A model generated the notes under the pieces. That model was not told where the DNA came from. It saw only the letters and a list, made by a program, of their open reading frames with translations, and did not search any database. A program made the position numbers and the translations under genes. Shown here in pieces: positions 26,540 through 40,200 of a stretch of DNA of 64,000 nucleotides. Location of the stretch: NCBI GenBank assembly GCA_973895155.1, contig OZ316895.1:8482184-8546183 (forward strand). The letters run 5' to 3'. Position 1 is the first letter of the stretch. Each line of letters starts with the position of its first letter. Origin of the DNA: Marsupella aquatica (taxonomy: Eukaryota; Plantae; Marchantiophyta).

Positions 26540-27850
26540 TAGCCTTTTAATCATCGATGGTGTCGCCAAGTTCGTCCAGGCAAAGTTTCATCCTCCTTTG
26601 TGCTTCATTCTTTTGAAGACAATCATGGCAAAATCTTACTTTTCCCTGAGCTTTTAGCTCCTTCTCCTCTAATCTACATTTCTTTTGTTTCACATTCCAA
26701 TCCCACAAAAGGAAAAACTTCCGTCCAACCTCTTCATCACCCATTCTTTGCCAAGCTTCAAACGTTGTCTTCAACCCTAAGAAAAAACTACAGTATTCAC
26801 TGTCTTCCTATAATTTCTTATCTTATCAAAATTGCTAGACGGGGCAAACATGCTAGACGGTAAAGTAATCAAGATCTTCCTTGTCGCTCGTAATTAATCC
26901 ACCCTAGTTTTCACCACCTTCCAGCGCCGTCAATGGTGGGCAATAATTGCGTTTTTGGATCTCAAATCGAATTTTTACGCCAAAGGCTTCATACTTCTGT
27001 ATTTCAGTGTGGAAGAAAACTCATCATTTTTTTGGATTGTGTCAATGGTCTGGATAAAGTGGAGAGCAGCCTTTGTGATCACGTGGCCCTTTCTCGGTCC
27101 AAACTTTGGGATGTGTCTTGAGTAAAATAGATCTCAATTTCCAGGTGCAATCTGATCCAAAAGATATTCTTTCTCGATCAACTTCAACTGCATTCCTCCC
27201 TCAAATTCTTCTGTTCATGGCAATCACTGAATTTTCCCACAGCAATCCTCTTCTTGAGCACACACTCCACCGAAACGCTCTCAGACCATGCTCGAAATGG
27301 CACCTTTATCAGCTACTGTACATGCACGATGAGACAGAACTTCGCAGTTCAGTTTGAAACTCCCCAAAGGAAAAAAATGTTTCTCTGCTGTCAAAAACAT
27401 AGGCCTCTAGTCTCATGTCTCCCCCAGACCTCGCTTCCGTATCAATTCAATCTCTCTCCGCCTTGATGCAACAATTTCTCCAAAAATAATGATTGATTGG
27501 TTTCCTCCGAGATCACGGCGAACGCCACCTACCCACAATGCTGCTCAGACTCCGTTATTCCGTGGCGCTGTGTTCCAGAATTCATCTCCGTCTGTTACAA
27601 CTGTCTCCCCGTGATACCTCGTGAATGTATTTTTCGACTTTTGATTCATTTCTTCCCTTGGATACTCCTTGACGAGTGTTGTTCATCCCCACTCACAAGG
27701 CTTCAGTTCCCAGCTTCCAGGATCCCAGGTCCAACTGTCTCCTCTCCACAGCAACTGGCTTCCCCCGTGAGCCTGCAGAATTCTAACTTCCTCCAATTCC
27801 AATCTCTTCTCAAATCTCTTCAGGACACCTCCATTCGCCACGTATCAGCG
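26540..27850 (-). mobile_element. Highly degenerate fragments, possibly LINE ORF2-derived
   Basis: Trp/Lys-rich broken frames (EAWQRMG..FFLLWDWNVKQ; EKHFF) reminiscent of L1 linker and zf-RVT regions. No RT motif recognised. Confidence 0.3.
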
Positions 27851-29429
27851 TAAAGAAGTTCAATTTCATTCTTCTTCTTTCTTATTTGTCTGTCTTTCTT
27901 CCCTCTACTTTTCTTTTAACTTCAACTTTTAGACCCCTTTCTCTTCTCCTAAATCTTTCTCTTAAAATTTCTAACAACAACACCAAAAAACCATTTCCTT
28001 TGCCTCATTGTTTTTCTAGACGACAAGGGTGGGTTCTATGCGTTGCCTCCAAGCCTGGCCCTTGCTTGATTTCTTGGAGTCTCAACTTTGGTACAAACTT
28101 GATGGAGAATGTGATTTGATGCGTTCTAATAAGTTCAGCATTGTAGTAGGGGTTTCAATGCCAGTTATTCGAAATAGTTGTGTAGACATGCCATAACGTG
28201 CTACGGAGTGTAGTGCTGGCTCTAAAAAGAGGGAGGGAAAGTATTGTTTTGAGGTTTCCATAGGACCCCTTGCACAGGTTGGGATGCATCAACCCACACT
28301 TTATTTTTGTCTGTCAGTCCATCCACATCCACATCCTCGAGGAGAAACAATGGCAGTAGAGGAGTGAGAGATTATTCGCTTTTGTCTTCTAGGTGTTGCT
28401 CAAATAGTTGAAAGGTTGTCTGCTGGGAAATTTAAATGGGGCAAGTAGGGCGACACTTAGCATCAAACATAAGCACATCATGGTCCTTTTTCACCTGCCT
28501 TGCCAAGACCACTACGTAAATCTAAGATTGTTTAAAGCTTGGACAACCTACAGACGAACCTTTGGTGAGGTGCATTACCTTTGCACAAAATTATCGATAG
28601 TAATTGGTGTTGAACGGAAATGTTTTGGAGCAGAAGCGAGATGCCTAGGAAGTCAGGCACTATGGGGAGTCAACAAGTCAGCCTGGCAACCTGGAGGGAG
28701 TGATTGATTAAGCTTGGAAATGTGCATAGTGCATGTTTAGGTGCATCTCATGCTTAGGAAAAATTATCAGTACAATCAACGACTAGGCTTCTCCCCATAA
28801 TGACATTTAGTAAACACACAATGGGAAAGAAATAGCAAAAGTACATATTCGAGCTACAGAGATAAATTTTGAAGCTGTTATATGGTGAATGCACATTTCA
28901 GATTTTGTCTTATTCAGATTTTGTGTCATGTATTTTTTATACATTTTTAATTAATTTTTAGACCCCTTTAATTAGTTTTAGGTATTCTAGAGTGTTTGAA
29001 CTTATTTTGGGAGCCCCTTTTCACAGGATGTGTTTTCTTAGAGATGAAACCAACAGGCTCCACCACCACCAGTGAGAGAAATGATGCTCAAGAACATGAA
29101 TGCATAGCCTCTTAAGTTCTCCTCATGTTTTTCTTTCTTAGGTTTATGAGTTAAGTGCTCATGAGTTAAGGCACCATGAGTTAAGTGCTCATTCTTGGTC
29201 ACTGTGCTTTTTTTGGCAGACACTTTATTTATATAACAGCATTTCTATGCTCTCATATTTTATTTACTTTCATTTTAGATCACTACAAGACAAAAAATAT
29301 ATTTTATTTACTTTCATTTCAGATCACTACAAGACAAAAAATAAAGCTCCAGGATGAGCATGCTATATTCGAGCTACAGAGATTGCATGTTGAATGTTTA
29401 GATAGAAACACGAGGTTACCCAGGTGAGT

Positions 29430-29950
29430 CTAATTGTGTGCCCGAAAGCCAGCTTCAAAACCATGGGTACAGTTTCGAAGCCCCAAAACCTCATGAGGGT
29501 TGTCCAAAATTATATGTCAAGGCATCTGAAACTCATCACATGAGCATGATTGTGCTGAAATTTGCACAAGCCTGACTTTTTTATAGTTCGACCAAATGCT
29601 AAAGTCAACCGCACTGCTCACTGGATGTGAAGCCGCATATTGCTCCTTTAGCTTGCTTTGTCCATAGACTTTGAATGCCCCGAACACAAGTCTCTCAGAT
29701 GACGGCCACATTATTCTCAACAATTAGATGTCACCCTTCGAAGGTTGCACAGGTTCTGCATGTCCCCCATTGTACAAATTCTCAAAGTACTGCTCAATCA
29801 TCGAATCTTGTGTGTGAGAAGTATAAGCATCGCAACGACGAGGCAGTATTAATTTGAGGGCAACACTCGTGAAGGATTCCTCGTTCTTTCCGCCCTCGCA
29901 GAACCTTCTACCCAACTTTGAAAGGTTTTGAGAATGTTTCTCCGGACAAG
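29430..29950 (-). mobile_element. Possible Mutator-like (MULE) transposase remnant
   Basis: RLVQISAQSCSCDEFQ resembles the start of a SWIM zinc finger; the frame is otherwise broken. Confidence 0.4.
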
Positions 29951-30120
29951 TATAACGTCCAATTTACACAGCTCCCCCGTGAGTCGGATTCCATCGAGCT
30001 CGACCTTCCATGTTTTCCTCGATCGATAGAGAAAATTTAAGAATTATGCAAGTGATGGACAGTGCATGGCGAGCTTTAGTTGCTACGGTCGTATCAACAC
30101 TCTTATCATGAATAGGCTGA

Positions 30121-31190
30121 TTAGTCTGGTGACAATAATGCTCTGGGCCAGTACGGGTGAACAGAGTAACCTGTCTTCCAACTATTTAGAGCGATCACCT
30201 TGTGAACCGCGAGCAAACTGATCACCATTACTAAGGGCAGAAGAATCTGCTGAGCAGCTTTTGAACTGATTGTGTGCAAAAAATGGGTGGCAAAGGCTAG
30301 CAAGAGACCTACCAAAGTGTATAGACACGATATGATAACTCCCTCGGCCCCGAGTTGCGTCGACCTTCCTTGAACAAAGTACACAAGCTGTTCGAGATTC
30401 TCTGAATCTCTGACTAGGAAAGGTATTCCCTGGATGACGCTTAACATGCCCCCTGCCATGATAAAAAAGTAAATCAGCAGTATATTGAGGACCCAGAACT
30501 TAGGATCGTGCCATAATGTGTCCTTGGCCAACAATCTCCGGATGACAAACGGTAAAGCCACGAGCAATCCTCCCACTAAAAGTATTATCTGCTGCTTGGT
30601 CAAGTCCGGCGGGGTTTCAAGTGGTCCCACTCTCTGTCTAGTCTTAGCCCAAGTGGTCCCACTCTCTGTCTAGTCTTAGCCTCAACGAATCCAACCATTC
30701 CCTCTTCGTTCCAATCCATCGATTCTGAATCTTCCAGACTCCCATTCCCGGACGGCAAGTATTTGATGTGTGGCAGCGTTGTCACGCGAAAAGCGTCGAA
30801 ACTTCGCTTCGACTCTACAAAATTGAGGTCAGCGAAAAAGACTTGTTGTCCGACCATCATGGGATTGTTCCTCAGGAACGCTGTCGCCAGCACACCAAAC
30901 TCTGCCCGGTTAGCCACCAAGTTCAGGTCCGCATTATCTTTCAGGTGCGCCGCATCGAAGAAGATGAAAAACGAGTAAGGCCGGCGCTCCCGTCCCGGGA
31001 TGGCGAACTTCTCGACGAGCTCATTGTTAAGGTGAATCACGCCATCGTCGGCCTGGGCTTCCATCTTCAGTAGCTCGTCGACCCTCGTTCCGCTGTTTGA
31101 TTGCCCCGCTTGGACACCACCCGACCATTCCGCAGGGAACAAAATCACCACAGCGAGCAGCTGCAACACGCGCAAAGTAAGCGTCTCCAT
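30121..31190 (-). pseudogene. OST3: Oligosaccharyltransferase subunit OST3/OST6 homologue, intronless, frameshifted by a 32-bp tandem duplication
   Basis: Signal peptide, DDGVIHLN..RPYSFFIFFDA..L.L...EF, FF.DL.F.ES..SF..F.V..LPHI, four TM segments, QLGAEG and W.TGY..H.YWP. Removing 32 bp gives an uninterrupted 345-aa ORF. Confidence 0.9.
30618..30681. repeat. Perfect 32-bp tandem duplication inside OST3
   Basis: caagtggtcccactctctgtctagtcttagcc at 30618-30649 and 30650-30681. Confidence 0.97.
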
Positions 31191-31307
31191 TATTAATCCA
31201 AAATCAATCAAACCCTGCCTACGTTCACGAGTGAGGAAACTCATCAGGCGTTTAACGGGTCCCCTGCCATTTCAAGCTCCGCCGCTCTATTAACTTATCT
31301 CCAGCCA

Positions 31308-32451
31308 TCATGACCTCGATCCACAACTGTATTTCTTCGAGATATGGACCAATCTTTTGATTTCTAGACGTCTCGTCGATCTATTATCATACAGTAACCC
31401 AACGCAGAAAAACTTTTGAAGGCCGAAATCTCCCTGTCGAAGGGAAATCACCTTCAAATCGTATCGAGCCACAGCTACTGCACTGCCTGTGCGAAGACAG
31501 TCTTCGAGAGAAACAAAGCGGACGGCAGCCGGCAGTGCTGATTTACTTAGCGACCGGGCCAAACGGCGAACTGATTTAGAATCCACGTTGGCGATACATT
31601 CATGCCCAATAGAGGACATCCGATACTTCTTGGATCTTGGAAAAGTCCAAAGGATGCCTGGATAAATTTTTTGTTTATCTGTTCTCCTGTTGCGTCCTTT
31701 GACATCATCATTACATAGAACTTTAGCAGGTATCCCTGAGACAATTTTGCAAATACATCTACAACGTAATCATAAGATTCCTTCACAGAATGTTCAACTC
31801 GACACACTTCTCCTGGAATCCCCGTGTCATCTTTATGCATTGAGAAACTTTCTACTGATAGACATCTGAAGTCTACATACTTAGAACTTTTGCTGGTATC
31901 CCCGGTACAATTCCCAATCCGCTAATTGAAAGATTACCTAGAATTTCTCGACAGACTTCTCCTGGAATCGCCGTTTCATCTTTTGTCCATTGAGAAACTT
32001 CCAACTGATACAAGTCCAAGTCTACGTACACAAGGATTGAAGTTGTCTGGGGCAAAAAACGACCTTTCCTCAGGTTTGGAAGGTATTGAACAAGTCGATC
32101 TGGGTCGTTTAATTTCGCCAGATTATGAGGTTCTGCAGCACCGAGGCCTTCTGTGGGTTCGGAACAAGTGATAGTCCAGTTCATACCAGGATCTAATTTT
32201 CGGTGGATTGGGTAGTATCCTCGCTGTGGGCACAGCTACAACTTCCAGTAAGATTCTTGGCGGAGGTCTTCGGACATCTGTTCTCCAATCGAGGGCACTT
32301 TGTGGAGGCCGTAGCACATGGCATCGCTGATGGCCGCAGCAGAGGTCTCAGAAATGGCGGATCCAGGGTCTACTCTGGAGTTGTGGTTCTGGTTGAAATT
32401 GCTTGAACTGGAAATCTTGGGGTGAAGAAATGCCCAAGGAGTTTGTTTCAT
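31308..32451 (-). pseudogene. Decayed ORF of unknown function directly upstream of OST3, with an internal diverged duplication
   Basis: ORFs 32451-32236 and 32184-31873 are in frame across one TAG. The segment VSQWTKDETAIPGEVCR recurs as HKDDTGIPGEVCR. Further fragments extend to 31308. Confidence 0.4.
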
Positions 32452-35400
32452 CTACTAGCGTGAGGGCGGTACCGTGACTGTCCTTTCGTTGAATATAGCA
32501 AACATCACTTGGTACAGTTCGTTGTGGGCCAAAACGTGGGATTTAGCTCGAGTTTTGAGTGGCGATCATTGTCCATAAAGTACGAAATGCGTGCTTTAGC
32601 AGTTGTGTCTCGTGAGGGCTACTATTTGTCCAAAATGATTTATTTAGCTTCAGTTTTGAGGGGCCATTGTGGTCCCAAACTAGGGATTTAGCTTTTAGTT
32701 TTGAGTGGCTATAATTATTTATTTACTATTGATTTTTGAAAATAGGTTGTGAGGGGCTGTTAGTGTCCAAAAGCAGGAATTTAGTCCAAGTTTTGAGGGA
32801 CTATTATTGTTTTGAAGGAGGTGCTTTAGTTCAAGTTATGAGGTGCTATTGTTGTCCACAAGGCTCTGGTAATAAGACATTAAATAAGACATTTTAAGGC
32901 ATAATGGATTTACTAGTTTTGTAAAAGCAATGAGAAATTGCATATTGAACCTATCCAGATTTTGACTGTGCGTTTTAGGAAAACCTCACTGAGAATTACA
33001 AAGAGAATTAAGAAAAGAGATTCATTTTAATTAAGAGACTCACCCTGCCCCGATTTGCACCCTCAACTTCATTTCTGCCCCCAAAGTCTCAGTCCACTCT
33101 AGACCATAGGTGTTGGGCGAGTAGCTTTTGATCGCAATAATGTAGTTAACTGTGTAAGAATTGTTTTCGATGTTTGAAAATACAATCATAGCCCTTCAAA
33201 TGTGGGAACAAGCCAGATTTCACTTCACATGGAATTGGAGGCACAATCTAGAAAACCATATGCAACAAATAAACTTTGGGTAAGATATAGTAGTCATCAA
33301 AGTCTCCAATAGGCTTGCAGTGAAAGCTTGGAAAAATAAAGATTTTTTTGTTGGGAAGGAATAAAAATGATGATCTCTATAAAATGAATAGTAAACAAAA
33401 GCAAGGGGTAATGAGTGGAGACATTAAGTAAATGACAAAACAGAAAAGTACAATCAAAGAAGTTCAATTTGATTCCTAACTTTCTATTCATGCAAAAAGT
33501 GACCAATGGAGAAAATAATGACACTCTAAGTCTAGATTCAAGTACAACAAAATATTCTATGTTTTGTTCAAAGAGATCTCCACAGACTAATTCACATGTA
33601 AATATAATGTTCAACTTCTCATTCGAGGAGTGAATCCAGGTCTGTAGTGTAGGTCAATTCAAATACTTTATTTATTGCTGTTAGATAGAAACGTTTGCAG
33701 CTATTACAACCAAGTGAGAGCTCCAAAATAAATGCTAAATTCATTGAGATTTTATAATTTATTTGTGTTTGTAAATTTGTAATTTATCTATTCATGTCAT
33801 ATTTCAGGCTCAGCCCTGAACAAAAGTCGCCATGAAGTTTGGGAGAAAGTGTAAGTTGAATGTTTCCTTCAGAGGAAACCGAAAAAATGAATTTATAATG
33901 GATGGAAAATCGAAAAAGAAAACCTTAACATGCACTTGAGGTCATCACATATTTTTCGATCATTAGAGCTCATGTATCCCAACGAAAGATTCCATATAAA
34001 CTTCTAGGGAAGACGACCGCGTCCCGACCGTAGAAATTACGAATCCACGGCTAATATTCAAATCCACGATTCATAATTGCGCACAGTGAGCGAAGTTTGA
34101 AATGGGAGAGACTCAGAAACGTCTTGTATGCCGAGGCTCCGAAGCTCTGACTGCCTGACGTTCTTATATCCCGAGTGACTGTGTCACTGCGTGTCTTGCG
34201 CAGCCGGTGGACCGGCTTCAAGAGGTAGGCCCGGTCAACAGTCATGAGGGCGGGGTTTGCAACACATTGTCAGTTCGGTGGTAACCGGTAACCGACGATG
34301 CAAGCCAAGGTGAGGAGGACAGGTGGTAACCAATAACCGGACAGCCCGCGGCATTGGAATTTGGAAATGTATCGCGAAACCGACAGACGCGGGAAGAAAC
34401 TGAGAAAGACGCCGTATGCAATTGGAAAGAAATGCGACCGTTCGAAACGGAGGCTGACACCTCACACTTCGGTTCCAAATGGAGCTTGTTGGTGGCCTAC
34501 ACGTGAAGACTTTCCCGAGTTTTGGTTTTATATTTTTGAGAGGGTTTTTTATTTCTTTCCACAATACGCAGCTTGATTTGAGGAGGGTTTATGTAGTGCC
34601 CCATCAATCTTGGCTTGTGTAACGCAAAATATAAAAGTTTTATCATGTAAAACAAAAAATGACCTAAAATAACTGGCCTTTTAATTTAGTTTCTTTCTAT
34701 ACACAATAGTGCATGACCTTAACTTCAGGGATTTCCCCCTTTTTGGTTTCTTTCCAAAAACCCCTTCCAACCTGGGCTAAATCCATATTTTGGGGGACAT
34801 TGTATCACGCAATGTCCTCTAATCAGGATGTTACCCTATTCTTCGAGTACAGTTAGTGACTGTGTTAGATAGAGTCCTTGCAGGGAGGAAGGATTTTCTT
34901 TCAGTAAATAAATAAACGCGTAAGGGTTTAACCTCCAAAATTTGCAAATTGGTCGCTGATTACGGACCCCACTAGAGGTCCCTTCCAAAATTCCTGGCAC
35001 CACATCGTGCCACGTCAACAACAACCGCAACAAACAAGACTCGTCAGTTTTGTGAATCAAACTTATAGTTTTCATTCGTGTTTGTATCAATTTAGGTGTA
35101 AATTTTGGGACGCCGTGCCATAAAAAGAAAAGTAAAAACATTGGAAATGCAAAGAGCAAGACGGTTAAAACTGTCACTACTTATGTAACCGTTTTAGTTA
35201 CATTTTCAATTTTAAAACTTAAATTCAAAGATTTATAAAAAGTATTTTTCATATAATAAATAATGACTAATAACTAACTTGATAACTTCTTTGTTAAAAC
35301 GCAACTCCCGATATGTAAGGACCTCTCGTATTGTACAGCCATTAATGCTCGGAAGAGCACATAGAAACCCAGGATTGGGGAGGAGGAATGGCTGGAATCT

Positions 35401-35764
35401 TGAAAGTTCATTCTCAAAACAAAAAATACCCAGTCGTAGATCTCATTGAGATCTTTCTTTTGCACCCTAGATTGCCTTCTAACATGGATGAATAAGATTT
35501 CTAGAGGCATTACAAAATGGACGGCAAAGATCGTAAAATCAACAAAATCAACGGCTAGGAAGGCTTGGATTTGTTTAATTTGTCATTTGAAAAATATTAA
35601 TCCATTTGCGAAACGGACAGAACCCATCCATAGATCTATTTGAGATCTTTCTTTTGAGCCATAGATTGGCCATTATGATGGACGGACGAGATTTCTGGAG
35701 ATAAGAAATGAAGACGGCTCAGATCAACTCTTCCCCTGATTTTATTAGCCAAGGGGTCCACGAA

Positions 35765-36015
35765 CTAATTCCGAAATTTGATTATTGCCCCAGAATTCTT
35801 AGGATATGTATTTTACTCCAATACAAGACATTGCAACTAAAATAAACAAGATGACACTAGGATTGATCATTAGCCTTTAACTCTGGGACTCCAATGGACC
35901 AAACACTTATACAAACAAAACATAATGTTCAAAGTATCATATATTTGAACATACAATTGTGTCAATTCAAAAACAATCCTATTATCAGGGGCAATAATCA
36001 AATTTGGGAATCAGC
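35765..36015. mobile_element. MITE-like element, about 250 bp, with terminal inverted repeats
   Basis: attccgaaatttgattattgcccc near 35768 versus ggggcaataatcaaatttgggaat near 35988; AT-rich interior. No TSD identified. Confidence 0.65.
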
Positions 36016-37232
36016 TGGCCCATTTGCAAATTTTGGAGATTGAACCCTTAATATGCCTTTATTCTATATTATTTATTTATTTACTGAAACAAATTCCCTC
36101 CTCGGCTCCTCCTACAATTGAGCTTCAATTCAGGAACTCATCGTAAGTGACAGCCCTATAGGGTGCGTTTGACAGGCCCGCTGTGTCATCGGCGGGGCAA
36201 GCGGGACGGGAAAGAAAGACAAGCTGTGAGTATTCCCTTTTCCTTCCGTCCCTTCTCCAAAGGAGCGGAGGGAGAGGAGAGCAGAGAGCAGAGGAGAGCA
36301 GAGGAGAGCAGAGAGCAAAGACGAGGTGCAGAGCTCGTGCACGACCAAACCATGGTGCTGCCTTCCTGGCGAGACGACGAGAGCGAGCTCGCGCTCGCTC
36401 GGTGTGCCCTCTGCTCGGGCGCCGGGTGAGGAGGCAGCAGCAGAGGAGCAGCGCAATAACAGCATTATCAGATTCTTTCTGTAGTCGAAGCACTGTCGAT
36501 GATGGTGGTGTGGCTCCAGCAGCAGCATCAACAGGAACAACGGAGGAACAACGGAGGAGCAGCAAGCAAGCTCAAGGAAGATGGAGGGAGTAAGATCTGA
36601 AGAATTGCTGGCTTCTTTCTTCAATCTCAGCGGCACCTCGAGAATGCCCCTCGTTGACGGTCGCCGGTTCCTCCAACAGCAGCAGCAGCAACATTTGCCG
36701 GAGCAGCAGCAGAAGAAGAGCAGGAGCTGCGGATACGAGAAAGAAGAGGCATACGTGCAGGACGAAGAAGGAAAAGAAGGAGCACCAGAAGAGGAGGAAA
36801 GGAATCTGTTCGAAAGAGGAGAGAGTAACATTGTCAGGGGTGGAGAGATTGGAATTGGTTGTGTGCCAGACAGTAGTCGTAGTAGTAGTGGTAGTACAAG
36901 GAGGAGGGGGAGGGGGAGGAGGGAAGGTAACACTGGTGGTTGACAGAGAAGGGAGATTTATGAAGTGGACGGCAGAAGCCGATTTGGTGGTAGGATTGGC
37001 AGTCGGTAGTGGTAAGAGAAAGCTTGGCGTTGGATTAGGAATTGGAAGGAGGAAGATCATCAAGAACAGCGGTATAGATTTAGGAGAGCATCACCTGAAG
37101 CGTTGCGGCGTGTTTTTCCTGAAAAACTCCTCTGTTTTGAGTTTGAATTGGAGCCTGGACACGCGCAACAGCATCTTACTGGATCGAGACAAGGCCATGA
37201 AGCGCTCGAATGTGTTCAATTTGCTTCTCCAG

Positions 37233-40200
37233 ATGATGCCTGCCTCACATCACCCTGTTGCCCCCTCATCGCCTGACCACTGGTCGTTTCTGGTAACTCC
37301 AATTTCTGCACACAGATGCTACACATCTGCTCCCCCTCCCATCGAATGCTGTCTCCATCCTATACACTCCAAATCCTGCCTTTGACACTTCAGTGTAGAT
37401 CAGCTTCGTTTATCTCTAGGTCGATTCGTTCAGTTGACCAATTTTTCTCCTGCGCAAATTCATCTCCTTTCTCTGCCGTGATCTCGTTGTTTGGTAGGAA
37501 GAAGCAAAGTAATGTCGTATTCTCTAGTGTGAGAGTTGAATGTCTCCAAACGATATTTCTACTCCGTGACGCGATAGAAAGATAGAACGAAAATGCTCAA
37601 GCAGCACATTGCTCTTCTGTATGTTTAAAATGATCAGGACGAAGTCGATGCTCCGCGATGGGCGGACCTCGTGAAGGAGGCTGCTTTGATGGGAACGATA
37701 GGGTAACTCTCTCTCTCTCTCTCTCTTGGCTTCATCACTTCATTCAACACAGGGAGACTTCAATTCGGCAGTGTTAGAGATCATGAGTCACTGACACGTT
37801 GTTCTTCTGCTGTGCAGGGACGACGCTTGGTTTCATCGTTCTCACTTGTAAGCTCATTCACTGCTTTCAGTGTTCCGCTTGACCTGATCTCTCTTTTGGA
37901 AGTGTACTTTTTGTTCGATTTCCCCCTCTGTTTTGAAATTTCAAATCTCGCCGATCTTTGGTCAGTTGCCGGGCCTTCGGAATAATCTTTAGGCGCGTTG
38001 ATGAATCATATAGTCCGTGTAATAATGCACTTGCCCTTTTCCCCACTGAATGATCTCCCTCTAGTGGTCAATCTTGTCACTTAAAAAGAAGCTCGGTGTA
38101 AACTTTTTGTGGGAATGATCTCCCTCTAGTGGTCAATCTTGTCACTTAAAAAGAAGCTCGGGGTAAACTTTTTGTCTGGATGATTTTCGACATTCTGTTA
38201 CCAATCAGGTTAGCGCGTCTACTATCCGTGGCGTAGAGCATGTTTGCACATAATTAGCATGGTTGGATAATTTCGGATAATTCTGTTATCATCCAGGTTA
38301 GCGTTTCTGTGTAAAATGAGCATTTTGCACAATTCAGCCTGCTTTCTCTCAAGTATATCTTGAGTGGTGCATTCTTAACGGGTCAGCCTGTCTATCCCTC
38401 AAGTAGATCAGTTTTAACCTCGCGCCAAAAACCAAATTACTTGTTCGTTTGATAGGCATCACGAAACACCTCTGGAACGGGCAGAGAACTTGGTGACGGT
38501 CAGCGACAGCAAAGGGTCTTCGATAGAAATACCGTCAGTTCGAGAGCCGCAGCCGACGAAACGAAGAAAGGCGGAAAAGGAAGGAGGGAAAGGTACCGTA
38601 TCCAAATTGATAAAACCGGCTTTGAAAGCCACCGTTGTGAAGGCATGTCTGGGAGGGGGACTGCAACGCATTTCCAGCGCGGGGTCAAATTCAAGAGGAC
38701 GCCTGTCGTCACGTTCGCGGTTGTCAACAAGCCTGTCGAAGAAAGTGAACATCATCCATCGCTCCGGAGGACTACTTCTACAGCAACAAAAGAAAGTTGG
38801 ATTCGATACCAGGTAGGCTTTTCGTTGTGGGCCCTCTCGTTTATTGCGCTTAAGTGGTCCCCCGTGCGTCAATCATATTGTACTTTCTTGATACTGGAAT
38901 TATTGGCACAAGTGATCATACATTTCGTCACTTGTGTTATCCACCATACAACTCAGAAGTGCATCCCAAACCTAAGCTCCCGTCCCTCTTCAACTCGATG
39001 AACTCGAGCACTCTCTCACTCTTACTGAAACCATTGCGTACGTACTTCTTACTTAGTGTTCGAGGGGTCTTGCACTAGCGTTCCTCTTTCAACCCTAAGA
39101 ACGTCTGAAGGAGTGAGGCCCCGGCCAGTTCGATAAATGACTCGACTCCCTTTCCACGCCATGACTTTCGTTCTCTCTCTCTTCCGAAATCTTTGCAACT
39201 GTGGGTCCACCTTTTTCACCCATAAGAATTTCTGAAGGGCATAGCCGCCAAGCATACTTGATAGATACCATACTTCTTCACTCGATTGCTCACTTTATCG
39301 TTAACACTCTTATGGAAATCATTGTGTATGTGGGTCCAGCTTTCTTTGCTTTTGTGATATTTCTCACTCAGAAGCACATCTGCAGATTCATACTTCCTTT
39401 CTCGATCAATGACATTTCCTGAAATAATTGCGTACGTGGGTCCAGCTTCCTTCACTTGTCATCTTTCTCTCACTCATGTGCACTTCATAACACTCAAACT
39501 TCGCCCTTCTTCGCTCGATCAATGTGCTTTATCTCTTATCTCTCCCACTTTACTAAAATCATTGTGGGTCCAGCTATGTAGTACCTGTTTTCATCTTCCT
39601 CACTCTTATTAAGCTTTTGTCATTCTCAAGGAATCAGCCGCCACCTAGGCTCGATAAAGTTTGTGCTTAGTCGTACGTGAGACATAAATTCCGTGGTCAG
39701 AGTTCATTCGTGCCGTCTATAAATTCGTGCCGTCCATAAATTCGATTCGGAAGGTCCGTAGGATGGCAGTGTTTGATCCTGACAAGATGCGTCGGCTTAA
39801 ACTCTTCAGAGCAGCTCAGAGCGAGCCGTCGTCCACGGTAGGGACCCCGAAGAAGCCATCAGAGGCGAAAGCCAGTGGCAATAACAATCTACTGCGCAGT
39901 GAGCCGCCGCTCAAGCATGTGCGTGAGGCGGCGGCTCAGAAGGTTGTTGGACCCCTAGGAGAAGCAACTGATCGGGGAGATGCGAGTGATGCGTCTCGTT
40001 CTGTGAGTGGCGAGAGCGACGATACATCTTTGAAAAGATTCGAGTCCCCTGCTTCAATTTCGCTCTACCCGGTCTCAGGACCTCTAGGCAAGGGGGTGGA
40101 CAACTTCTCCCAGACGGATTCGGTTGCGGGCAAATCATCCCCAAGTGATATGTACTTATCGTCTGACGCATCGCCAAGGCATTCCATTTCGTCGCAGGAA

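Noticed and set aside
33780-35760. TE-like noncoding sequence with a ggacccc/ggggtcc inverted pair
   Set aside because: The inverted match is only about 7 bp with no TSD; boundaries cannot be supported.
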